A DNA stretch of 64,000 nucleotides from positions 9,988,973-10,052,972 of the forward strand of contig OZ037770.1 of NCBI GenBank assembly GCA_964035545.1, read 5' to 3'. This DNA comes from Bugula neritina. Its lineage: Eukaryota; Animalia; Bryozoa. The position numbers and the translations under genes are program-made. The notes beneath the pieces were generated by a model that was not told the origin of the DNA, did no database searches, and saw only the letters and a program-made list of their open reading frames with translations. Each line of letters begins with the position of its first letter. Positions within the stretch are counted from its first letter, which is position 1. Below, one piece after another: positions 1 through 13,487 of the stretch.

Positions 1-7
1 GTTTTAG

Positions 8-3000
8 GCAAAGCCATTTTGGCCGACAAGGTTTGGCAAATCATTGTTTATGGTACTAAAAACCGACCACTCAAATGAGGTGTCACATAGTTTTTCAGCG
101 AGTATTCCACAGAGAACCTTGTTGACCTGGTCAGATCAGGTATGTAGAGCACCTGACGCTACTGCCAATGTGTTATGTTCCTATATAAACATACATCATT
201 AGTATTGTCATAGTTGTGTGACATTTTATTTTACCATGTGAAAACACCTGCATTTTACTGTCATTTTTTCAATGTGTGTTAGTTGATGCTGTCAATGAAT
301 AGTAGTCCGTTACGTTGTCTGATTGGCTGACAAGTGTTTAAGGCATATTGCGTCCACTCAGAGTTTGAAGTCAAAATCAATTTATAGTTCATAGTTCTAC
401 CTCAACCGGGCAGCCACCTACTTTCTTGCTATGTTAAAGTTTGCAAAATACTTTATTCTGTATTAGATAATTTTATACACCTATTTGTTCCTCCCACAGC
501 AAAGTGCAGTCACTGCAGAGGTGTCTGGTGGTCTGGGTACCGAGTATTTTATCACCCTTCGACCTTATCAACTCGGTGATGCTGTCGTGAGACTGGAGAA
601 TCTTACTCAATATTCACTTCTGTTTTCTCAGGGAAATACGTGAGTGCTTATTTTACCGTGTCATCATGTTACGTAATGACATCACTTTGCGTAATGACAT
701 CACTTCACTTAGTGACGTCAATTTTCGTAATGATATCACTTTACGTGATTATTTCATTTTACGTAAAGACATTACTTTAGGTAATGACATCACTTTACCC
801 AATGACGTCACTTTACGTAATGACATTGCTTTATGTAGTGACATCATCACTTTACTTAGTTACATCACTTTACGTGGTGACATCACTTTACGTAATGTTA
901 TCGCCAGCCTCTATGGCCTGTGTTATTTTGTCACTATGGCTATGTATGCTTTTCCAAAGGCATGATATTATATTTTATATTTACCATGTATTGTTATACT
1001 GGACTTTATTTTGTGTGTTTAAAATTCTACTGTCAGAGCTAGTCCTGGTCCAATCAAAATAAAATTCTGTATTTGGTTTTCCCTGCGATGCTGTTATGAT
1101 ATTCACCTCTTTCAATAGAGAGAGGGGGGTATGTTAGGATAGTTAAGTTTCCACCTTCCAGGATGGGGGCCATGTTAGCACGCTAAGGGGACAGTGCGAG
1201 GATATTTGCATCTCCACCTTAGGGGCGGAGTTCTGTTCAGGTTTTGTCTATCTGTTATTCCAGCTCTTCTGGAAAGACTCTGACAGTGCCCAGTTCTAAG
1301 AGCTGGTTATACTTCTGGCCGAACCCCATGGCTGACAGGAAACTGTTCTGGTCTGTCCCTGAGCTCAAGTCCAAACCTACCATTGCTCACTTTAGTCAGG
1401 TATGATTCTCTATACTTATCAAGTAAAGTGACTGTTTCTACGTCTCGCACAGTATTGTCATTTTTTGATAGATTGTTTGATTTGGTTAGCTGGCTATTCT
1501 TAAGGTATAGATTGTGAAGTTCTTCAACAGCTTTCTTCGATCAGCTGATTGAAGATTCATTATCAGGTCATTGGTGACATCACACAGTAGTTTTGATGTC
1601 CCACAATGCTCTGATCGCCCTTTTATTATTACATAGTACATGTATACGCATTTCTTTTATTAACTGCAGGACTTCTCCGGTCAAGTAAACTGCCAAGGTC
1701 AAGTTATATATTGTCAGTCGTACAGAGACAACTTGCAAAGAGTTCTCACCTTTTCTGATCATGAAAGTTTCCAGCAAATCATTCACAAGGTGTGTTGCTA
1801 TAGTTACCAGTTGTCACCATAGTTAGCTGTTGGATGCATTACCATAGCTAGTTGTCACTGGTCATGGCTCTTCGTACTATTTAATTTGGCTGTAATATAT
1901 GTTTTAGCTATTGAAATAATGTTTTATTAATTTTAATTTTTAGTTAGTCTTTAGGTAGCATCAATACTGCTGCTTACTAGAAAGATTTTAGTGAAGTTTT
2001 GCAGTTTCAAGTTGAATATTTGGTTATTATGAGACATATGATGTTTATTATACAATATATGATGTAAATTATACATCATATATTGTATAATATACAACAT
2101 ATCATGTATATTATACGACATATCATGTATATTATACAATATATCGTGTTTATTAGACAATATGTTATGTTTCTTTCAGAGAAATCAGAAAGAACAGGCA
2201 ACTTTATTCGCATTTTCTGCTCTCGATTCTGTCCGTTTGTCTCTAGTCAACTCGTCATGTCTGGAGATTGCATTGATCAGTGCCAACCAATCACCTTCCT
2301 GTTGGTAAGTGGCGCCCTCTACTGCCTTGCATGTCAAGGTTATAATATAGTATACACTCAATAGACGCCATATCTGACTGTGTGTTTAAAGAGCTATTTG
2401 TACCTTCACTATATGACTGAGTTAAAAAATGTTTATTATCATGCTTGGAACTAACTTCTAATAATATAAGTTGCAAAAAGAAACAATCACTTTGGAATAG
2501 AATTAGAACAGGTTTGTGTGCAATCAGGTGAATTAACATCCTGTATGTGTAAATTACTATGACCGATAATATTTATGCTATCCTGTTCTATTTTGATCGT
2601 CTATTCGTATTTCAATTTTAGCGTTATTGGATTTGACATAAAATTAATGAGTTATAACAAAGTTATTTTAGGCGTGTACTTTATTAATGGAAATTGTTTT
2701 GCATTTCATGTTGTAATAAACTAGATATAAATATACAAATATAAATGCAACTAATAGATATTTTAACTGATATTTTAACCACAAGTACCTTCATCTTCAT
2801 TGTTGAAGTATTTGCAAATGGATACAAATAGTGGTGATACGTAGACCTTCTCAAAGAAATGATTTATTAGGTCATATTGGTGCCAACATGTCAACTCTGT
2901 ACTCAACTCATCTGTAGGTCTGTGAAACTGGAAGGAGCAGACGGAGAGTCCAGATGGTATGATCTTGGTGAGAAGTTGTCCTCCGTGATTGAATTGGCGT

Positions 3001-6000
3001 ACTGTAACTGTCTCACAGAACCTGTCTATCAGAACAGAGATATCGAGGTGAATATTTTATTCTGGTTATTTCCTACATAATATTTCTATGCTACAGATTA
3101 ACTCTTTATACTAATAATATACTCTGTATGCTGCAGATTAACTCTTTATACTAATAATATACTCTCTATCCTACAGATTAACTCTTTATATTAATAAATA
3201 CTCTCTATGCTACAGATTAACTCTTTATACTAATAATATACTCTGTATGCTACAGATTAACTCTTTATACTAATAATATACTCTCTATCCTACAGATTAA
3301 CTCTTTACACTAATAATATACTCTGCATTCTACAGATTAACTCTTTATACTAATAATATACTCTCTATTCTAAAGATTAACTCTATATGCTAATAATATA
3401 CTCTGTATTCTACAGATTAACTCTTTATACTAATAATATACTCTCTATTCTACAGATTAACTCTTTACGCTAATAATATACTCTGCATTCTACAGATTAA
3501 CTCTTTATACTAATAATATACTCTCTCTGCTACAGATTAACTCTTTATACTAATAATATACTCTCTATCCTACAGATTAACTCTTTATACTAATAATATA
3601 CTCTCTCTGCTGCAGATTAACTTCCGTGAGTTGGCATTTGTCCATCCAATCAGTGGCCTCCTGAAAAGAGAGAGTTTCCCTGGTATAAAGTTACAGTACC
3701 AGAAGTCCGACCTCAGCATGGCTCTGCAGGCATCAGTCAACTATTTACAGGTCAGCCTTTGGTGTAATAAAATATACGGAAGCTGCCTTTGGTGGGTTCC
3801 AACGGCAATAACTATCAGTCTATGCTCTAATGGCCTCATTTACCTTTACAGCTTTACATTTACCATTTCCCTTTTGTCTTTTCCCATAACTGTTTTCAAT
3901 GTGTTACTCGTAGAAAATGTAACAAAGTGTTTATTACTGTGTGGTACTGTACTATACTTGCAATAAGTTATTACGGTATACCTAACTACTTGGTAAAACT
4001 GTTGAACAGCCAACTTTATAATAAATAAGTATAAATAAATAAAGAATTTTACACTATTGGAGTTGTCCAATACTTCTTGTCTCAGATGGGTCCTGCTGTA
4101 TGCCATTCGCGTATATTGAAGTCACTTTTGCTGCAAACACTTGAGAAAAACCAATTCTTTTGATATCTTATTATATAATCTATTATCTCAAGTAAATTTT
4201 CACAGTTTTCTTCTCGGTGTTGGTGTCTTCGCATTGTTAGCTTGCTTTCTTTTGAAGTGTATCCTTGGTTTTTAGATTGACAATCAGCTGCCTGACGCAT
4301 TTTTCCAAGTCGTCTTTCACCCATTACAAGCCGGGGGTGATAGTAGAGCCCCCTCAACCAGGAAATCCTGCCTAGACCTGTTTCTAAGGATACAGTTCCC
4401 AATAGATGGCAGCGCACACACTATCAAGTATGAATCTTAGTCTATAATCTCTACAGAATGATGTTAACCACTTCAAATGCACAATTTTCTTTTTTTAAAC
4501 TTTAACAAACATAACTTTGAACTAATTTCGTAGCCTTCTTGTGTGGTATGACTCCATTTTGGTTTTATTCTTCAAATCTGACTGGAATAATGGAGTTTGC
4601 TGCATTTTAATTGCGGTGTTTAATTTGTGTTGTATTTATTCTTCAGCACTTTTAACTTTCTCTGATATGTGCACGACATTTTAATGGTCATGTTTTCAGG
4701 CACTCCAGCATAGCTTCAAGTCGTCTAACAACATCTTTGTGAGTTGTCGTTCCCTGCTTTACAATCATTTCTACACGGTTTTAAGCTTTATCTAACTGTC
4801 TCTGTTCACACAACCTACTTTGGTTTATACGTTTACGGTTTTGAATTTGGTGCTTCTTCCCTTCTCCCTTGGTTGTTTCTAATATGTTACATGCCATGAA
4901 CTTTTTCTATAACTTATGTCTCACATACACACACACGTTTACACTTTTGCACTTATATATGTATATGCCATTCATTTAGGATCAGTCTATTTTAATGAAA
5001 TAACTTGCATTGAATATCATTTAAAGTAGTTTTAAGTTTTTTTGCATAATGTGTAGATTCATTATTATACTATAAGAAACAATGTTTTCAATTATCACCT
5101 AGTAAAATATAAGGCAAATATATTAGAAGTTGTGACAAAGTGGATTCTAACTTTCAACACTTGTAAAGTTATTGTATTCTAATTTTACAGCATCTTTTAA
5201 TAGTTATTTCTATTTATATATGTTTGAAATTATAAATTAAGTTAATCTCTTACTGTTTGGGTGCTTTGCCCCCCCCCCTCCCTTCTATCTATCGGCTTGT
5301 CTACAGAGTCTCATACTAACACTAGCTTACTCTAAGGCTAACCACCAGCTATGCTCCCAGTCTATTGATATAAGCTAGCTAATAGCTTCTCTCCTTATAC
5401 TTGTAACTACACGCTTCTATCCTATCTATAGCTCTCTCTATCTATCTCCTGTGTAGCATAGTCTGGATATTAGAATTTAAACTAGTATACACTCTAGTTA
5501 TACATGATTCAACAAAATCATCTGGTGTTTTTATTATTTAATATTTGTTTTAAGATTCCTTTTACGTTCATGTATTATTAAATTAAATTATTCATTATAT
5601 TTTTTGACTATCAACTAAATATAATTTCAAGGTAGTATTTCTCAGCATATTAGTTTTGTTATAAATTTTATGCATACTTGCCTTGAATTAATTCAGGATA
5701 ACAGCTCACTGGCTAATGAAGTTTTTATTCTGTAGAACTGATACTAATTGTTCACTGTAATTGAGTGTTACATTTTTATATTCTCTCAGAAAAGCTGTTG
5801 TGAGTATTGAAAGATTCTCTCTGAAGATTGACAAGGGATTCTTGTTAAGTTCCCTGGACTACATCACCAACTGTACCAAAACTGATTCAGACAACTACAA
5901 TACTGTTATGGTGAGTGTTGTCTTCTCTTGATTACAGTAGTGGTGCATGGCATGCAGTGGAATAGCTATTTGTTGTACAACCATACACTACTGCAATATA

Positions 6001-9000
6001 TCAAATGTTTGGTATGTGAATCTTTGTAAAATCGTGTTGAAAACCTTTATTAATAGCTAATAAAATCAAACAATCCTGGTTAGGATGTCTCAACAGCTGG
6101 TATATTGTCAAATGCTTCACCATTTTAGTATTTGAAAGGCACTTTTTACCCTTCTCTTCGATGTTAGAATTTGACTCATAGAAATCCCTTGTTTTGCAAC
6201 TAAGTTCACCATCCGATTGTGATTGCATATAATTAAAGTTTGGTATATTGTTCTGCAATATACTATGAGTTAATATAACTGTTATATATAATGTTAACAC
6301 GTGACTGTTTTTGTTTTTCTACCGTGATGTTACAAGTAGGCTATTATTCATCTTTCAGGCATAATTTGAGCTACTCTCATACATGTTGATGTTTGAATAA
6401 TCAGAGTAGTAATTGCCTTCTCAATGTAAAGCATAGCATTGTGTCAGCGGGAATGCTGTATGGCACGGATGCCTATGTATTGTGATTCACTTGATGAAGG
6501 GTGAATGGATGGAGGACACAACTCAACATTTTGCCTAATGCTAACAGTTTATATTTCTCACAAAACTGTAACAATTATTTGGGCAATAAAGTTTAAGTTG
6601 CCTGCATCTTTAACAAGAGGAAACTTGAGCTGTACTGACTCATCAAACAAAGCTACCAGTAAAAAGCTATTGCGAAAGCTTTCACAAAAAGTTTTCATCA
6701 AACAATACTTTATTTAAAGCTACAACAAAAAGCTCCTGCAACAAGCATTAAACCGGACAGACTCAATTGTGACTTGTTATTCTCTTCGTTCTTTGATTCT
6801 ACTAGTTTTATTATAAGCACAATATATAGTAATGTGGTTGTTGGGAGTTGTGTTCCTTTCTTAGTATATGTTCCTACATGATGACTCATTGTATCCTGTA
6901 CTATGTATTACAGAAACGCTACCACGAGCAAGATGTACAGTATTGTCTCACAGATTTGACCTCTGACAGTCTACAAAAGGTAGTGGAGATATTACATAAT
7001 GCTATGCGGATAGTTATATAATATAATATGTGTTAGTATATATTAAAATAATGTATCATAATAATATATGTTAGGGATATATTTTAATAGCATGTGTTGG
7101 TAACATCTTATTGTATTAGTGCATTGTTGTCTGTAGTAGCACATTTACATTACAATATATTTATCTAAGTAAGGAAAGTGTTTTTTATCGTGTTGCTGTA
7201 TTGTTGTTATGATAAGGTTACAAAATTATTCTAACTTTTCCATAATGAGGTGTAGTTCAAATTCTTTTTACATCAACACATTTTACATTGTAAGGGGGCT
7301 GGAAATTCAACAAATACACATACATGTACATTATAAATCTTATTAGTTTTGGTAGAGGACTGCTTGAGTAGTGCAATCTGGGAGTTTCTGTATTTGTACA
7401 CTGTAGAGTGTAGAATATATGTCTACAGTGTAGGAAACAGTATGCTGGGAAGAAGCACTTTGTCCTGAGATTTCTAAGAAGTCATAAACGTTGTGACTTC
7501 TATAAACTTCTTTCTCTAAATGAATATCATCAAAGCTAGTGTCAAACACACGTCTTCATGCTTGTAGTTGTCTGCCCGTTGTGGGTGTTGACATAAAACA
7601 TTTAAGTTAATTTGTTAACCATATGTGGTGCAGGTAAACTTTGTGTCTGTACTTAGATACATGATAATGTACGACAGTTAGGCCTCAAATTTTATACGTT
7701 GAAAATTCTTCAATTTTTTTCTGTTCTTTTTATAGACTAATAAATCTACTGGAACAAAAATCTACGTTGAAGACCTGAAAGTCAGTGGGCTGCAGGTAAG
7801 TGAATTACTTTAACTTCTTAGTTCTTACTTACAGGTAAGTTAAATAATGTAATATACACTTCCTAATCCTATGAGATTGAATCAGTGATTTACATGTAAG
7901 TTAACTAGTCTAACATTCACTTCCTATTGGTATAAAAATTAATGAGTGACTTACAGGTAAGTGAACTAGTTTAACATACACATATGCTATGAGAGACTTA
8001 CAGACTCTGCTACATGCTCCTTTCCTCACCGTAGTCATACTGACTAACATGTTTCTGTATCTCAACCTCTCTCACAGGCTAGACTGAGTTTCTCTATGGC
8101 CGGTACCCCGCACCTCACTGATGTTCAACATACTCAGTCTACATTCGGGGGAGACGTCGTTGACTTCCTTTTGCGATCTATTGGAATGACCTTGACAGAG
8201 GTCACGGACATTCAGTTCAAGTAAGTGAAATTGAGCCAGTTGGTTAATCTAGAAAAAACTGTCTGTGATTTTAGTTGAGCTTTTAAGCTTGAAACATCTG
8301 GAGACCATTTCAATGTTCTTTTTTAATCATAAAATATTATTTTAAATATATCCTTACAGACTAGCAACTTCATTGAAAATAAATAAACGATGGACATTTT
8401 TGTTTACTACTCTATTTATCTAAACAAAGTAAACTTGTATTTTAAATACCATTGTACCCATCTTCAGAATTAATTGAATAACTTTAAAAGTTGAAATGTT
8501 GCGTTAAACTCTATGTAAAAGGTAAAAAGGTGGAAAGTACCGTGCATTATGTTACATGATTCTCGTAGGCTGGGAGAATTCACCATCTCTTGTGACGTGC
8601 TTACCACAGACCAACTTTCTAATGATGCCCTCACATTCTACAAATCTCAGGCTATACGCCAAGCCTATGTATTCCTCCTCGGGCTAGACATCATTGGGAA
8701 TCCATTTGGTCTCTTCAAGGATGTACAGCGAGGTCTTTACGATTTCTTCTCGGTACGGCATAATACTATTACTTTAGTCACTGATATATCTTTACACATT
8801 CAATAAAATTACTCATTAATATAGTTTTTTAACTGCAGTACTTTTTGATATTAATTCACAAGATGACTAGAAAGTTTAATCAAGCTGGTCTTTATTTCGT
8901 TATTCTAATTTCGTAACTCCTATTGGCTACTTATTATTTTCCATAAATGTACTTTTACCAAAACTTGAACTCTAAAGCAGTTTAGTGTTTAAACTGTTGA

Positions 9001-12000
9001 ACAAAACTACATGAATAGCTTCTTCTTGGTAGTTCTCTCGTGACATCACCACAACACGGAATACTTCATTCAGATATTAAAGTTGTGTGTAGATTCTGTA
9101 TTATATAATTCTTGTAACCAGACAAAGATGATATATTTATTCTAAAAGAAAGTTAATAAAATGGTAAGTATGTAAGAAGGTAGGTAGTTGGGTAGGTTGA
9201 AAGGCAGGTATATAGCTAAGTAGTTAGGTAATAGGTAGGTGGTGTGCCAAGTAAGTGAATAAGAAGTTCTTAATTCAACAATTTTCCAGCTTTGCATTTT
9301 TATTACATGTCTTAAGAATGTCTGCATTTGGATTGCGTATAGTGTATACATTGTCTGCATATAATATATATACTGCATATGTATAATCTCTACAGTATCT
9401 ACGTATAGTTTGTACATTGTCTGCATATAATATATATACTGCATATGTATAATCTCTACAGTATCTACGTATAGGTTATACATTGTCTGCATATAATATA
9501 TACACTGCATATGTATAATCTCTACAGTATCTACGTATAGTTTGTACATTGTCTGCATATAATATATACACTGCATATGTATAATCTCTACAGTGTCTAC
9601 GTATAGTTTATACATTGTCTGCATATAATATATACACTGCATATGTATAATCTCTACAGTATCTACGTATAGTTTGTACATTGTCTGCATATAATATATA
9701 CACTGCATATGTATAATCTCTACAGTATCTACGTATAGTTTGTACATTGTCTGCATATAATATACACACTGCATATGTATAGTCTCTACAGTATCTACGT
9801 ATAGTTTATACATTGTCTGCATATAATATATACACTGCATATGTATAATCTCTACAGTATCTACGTATAGTTTGTACATTGTCTGCATATAATATATACA
9901 CTGCATATGTATAATCTCTACAGTATCTACGTATAGTTTGTACATTGTCTGCATATAATATACACACTGCATATGTATAGTCTCTACAGTATCTACGTAT
10001 AGGTTATACATTGTCTGCATATAATATATACACTGCATATGTATAATCTCTACAGTATCTACGTATAGTTTATACATTGTCTGCATATAATATGTACACT
10101 GCATATGTATAATCTCTACAGTATCTACGTATAGTTTATACATTGTCTGCATATAATATATACACTGCATATGTATAATCTCTACAGTATCTACGTATAG
10201 TTTATACATTGTCTGCATATAATATATACACTGCATATGTATAATCTCTACAGTATCTACGTATAGTTTATACATTGTCTGCATATAATATATACACTGC
10301 ATATGTATAATCTCTACAGTATCTACGTATAGTTTATACATCGTCTGCATATAATATATACACTGCATATGTATAGTCTCTACAGTATCTACGTATAGTT
10401 TATACATCGTCTGCATATAATATACACACTGCATATGTATAATCTCTTCAGTATCTACGTATAGTTTATACATTGTCTGCATATAATATATACACTGCAT
10501 ATGTATAGTCTCTACAGTATCTACGTATAGTTTGTACATTGTCTGCATATAATATATACACTGCATATGTATAATCTCTACGGTATCTACGTATAGTTTA
10601 TACATTGTCTGCATATAATATATACACTGCATATGTATAATCTCTACAGTGTCTACGTATAGTTTATACATTGTCTGCATATAATATATACACTGCATAT
10701 GTATAATCTCTACAGTATCTACGTATAGTTTGTACATTGTCTGCATATAATATATACACTGCATATGTATAATCTCTACAGTATCTACGTATAGTTTATA
10801 CATTGTCTGCATATAATATATACACTGCATATGTATAATCTCTACAGTGTCTACGTATAGTTTATACATTGTCTGCATATAATATATACACTGCATATGT
10901 ATAATCTCTACAGTGTCTACGTATAGTTTATACATTGTCTGCATATAATATATACACTGCATATGTATAATCTCTACAGTGTCTACGTATAGTTTGTATT
11001 ATTCAGAGTGCTGATCCACTGAACTTCAGTGAGAACAAATCTCTCAGCAAGGGCATCAAGTCAGCGTATGGTAACATCGTGGGTGGCCTGTGTGGGGCCG
11101 GCAGCAAGATCACTGAGTCTATTGGTAGAGGAATCAATGTGCTCACTTTTGACCAAAAGTTCCTCAAGGTGTGTTTCCACTGATGTCGGACTGTCGGTCA
11201 TTCACAGTTACTGTCAGTCACCGAGTGACTCACAGTAGCTGTCAGTCACTGAATCACTCACTGTAGCTGTTGGTCATTTAGTCACTCCAAGTAGCTGTCA
11301 ATCAATCAGCCACCTGCTGATCTATTCATTCACCTACTTAGGTCGCTTGTTTTATTAACCAATTGTTTAACACTCTATCACCTGGTTGTCTGTCGGTACC
11401 TGTAGAAATATATTACAGGTACGTCTGAGATCCATGAGAAGTCACCCCGCCCACTTTCCCGGCACTCTGCTACTTTCTGCCAAAACATTTGGAAAAGCTG
11501 TCACTTCAGGGCTGACAGGAGTCGCCCTGCAACCTAAAACAGGTGCTTTCTATGTAACAGGCCGGTCTCTGATGATAAGATCTGGCAATTACTGAATCCT
11601 TGGAATTTTCTTCTCTATTGCAAGTTAATTAATCTTTCTAATCTACTGCACTATTTTATTGCTATATTTTTGAAGTTGTGTTGTGATGTAATTTCCTAGG
11701 CTTAGAAAAAGATGGTGCTAAAGGCTTGTTTAAAGGAATTGGCAAAGGCGTGACGGGGATACTGATTAAACCGCTCGGTGGTGTGTTTGATTCAACTAGC
11801 ATCATTCTAAACGGATTTAGACGAGTCACCCAAGATGACACCCTGTCTGTGGAGAGGGTGAGACTCCCCCGACATACCTTCCCTCTAGAGGTGAGATTCT
11901 GTGCTATTCTGTATTTACAATACTTTCTTAAGATTTACCGCTTCCTAAAGTGTGAAGTCAATTGTCCACAAATAGTTTTTAAGTCAAGAAATTGTTTATG

Positions 12001-13301
12001 TGAAATAAATTGACATTTATTTCCTGCTGTTTGAGCTAAGTAGAGAGCAGCCGTGGTCTAGAGGTTAGAACACTAGCCTAGTAAACACAAGGTTAGCTGT
12101 TCGAATCCCAGCAAAGGCCATTGGTGATGTTAGGAAGGGCATCCAGTGATTATTTTTTTTCGCCACAATAGATAACAAGTTCTTAGTTCTCTCAAAACAA
12201 CCTTTCCACTAGGGGTTCTTACAGCAATGGTGACTGTAAACTCGTGCGAATTTTCATATTATGCAATATCTTGCACCTTTCAATAGTTCTTACAAAGCTT
12301 AAGATTTAAAGTCAGTCTTTTAACTACGTCAGCTTGTGAGTTTGTTTGGGGGGAATGAGTCATGAAGAACTCAGAATCGTCTGTATTTCTTCCATCTTCA
12401 CAAGTTTTCCTTTCTAAATCATTTCTCAAATTGTGCAATTTTCCCAGTCGAAGTATTTTATTCGTATTTATACTGATAAAGCCTATTTTCTTCTCGTATT
12501 CTATTGTAGGGTGTGTCAAGGTACCACCCGTACAAAGCAGAAGGTGTAGACTTGCTCAACACTATGGGCTCCTACATTTACACTCCTGACAATGTATACT
12601 GGGCACATTTGGCTCTACGTGGAGAAAAGAACCGCAAACGCGTGGCTTTGGCCACCACCAGGTGAGTTGTACCATTCGCTGTATCTGCTTGGCCTCTTCA
12701 CTTCTTAGAATATATGATGTGCTTTCAATAGTGCATTGTTGGTTCAACTTTGTTTCTCTGCAATGAAGTTATTTTTAATTAATTTAATTATGTTATAAAT
12801 ATGTAAATTGGAAGCTCCAGTTTAGTTGAACACGGAGCTTTCATTTTGGTTGAGATGTTTTTTTCTGCTTGTAAAATCTGCTAGTACTAATGAAACATAG
12901 TATTGGTTTACTGGTTTATTTTTTTAATGCATTTCAACTCCTTTTTTCTTTTCACCATGTTTTATACTGTGGCCCAGGTTGTACTGTGCTGGTTTTTCTG
13001 CAGGGACTTATACATGCTGTGTAAACCGTTCTACAGCTCCAATCTATCAACAAAGTGGTGCATTTCTCTAAGTGATATCTCCTCTGTAGAACACAATGAA
13101 GGAGTTATTACTATTACTCGGAGGTCATTGGTCAGTATATTATATACTCTATAACAACACGATATTTGTAGTTGTGTTTCCATAGCTATATTTTCATCAC
13201 CCTCCTTGCTCCTTGTACTATTACAGATCGTTGCAATGTAATACATTGAGCATATGGTGTTGCATTAGACAAATGTACACAGATATGTGTTGTCATATAT
13301 T

Positions 13302-13367
<66 letters not shown>

Positions 13368-13370
13368 ATT

Positions 13371-13414
<44 letters not shown>

Positions 13415-13418
13415 AATA

Positions 13419-13487
<69 letters not shown>

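Noticed and set aside
1794-1807. Perfect X-box GTTGCTATAGTTAC
   Set aside because: Lies within a donor region deep inside VPS13 with no nearby TSS evidence; may be chance.
4700-4738. Possible small VPS13 exon
   Set aside because: Exons 4276-4427 and 5790-5910 already join in phase with VPS13-like continuity; no homology support for an extra exon.
9142-10962. 606-aa minus-strand ORF
   Set aside because: It is the translation of a 66-bp intronic minisatellite (unit divisible by 3); there is no non-repetitive coding sequence or homology cue.
3083-10998. CRISPR-like appearance of the 40-bp and 66-bp arrays
   Set aside because: Head-to-tail repeats without unique spacers, no cas genes, and a eukaryotic intron context.
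12045-12120. tRNA genes at 12045, 34731, 46285 and 59821
   Set aside because: Stems are degenerate and homology extends into shared non-tRNA sequence; these are SINE-type heads.
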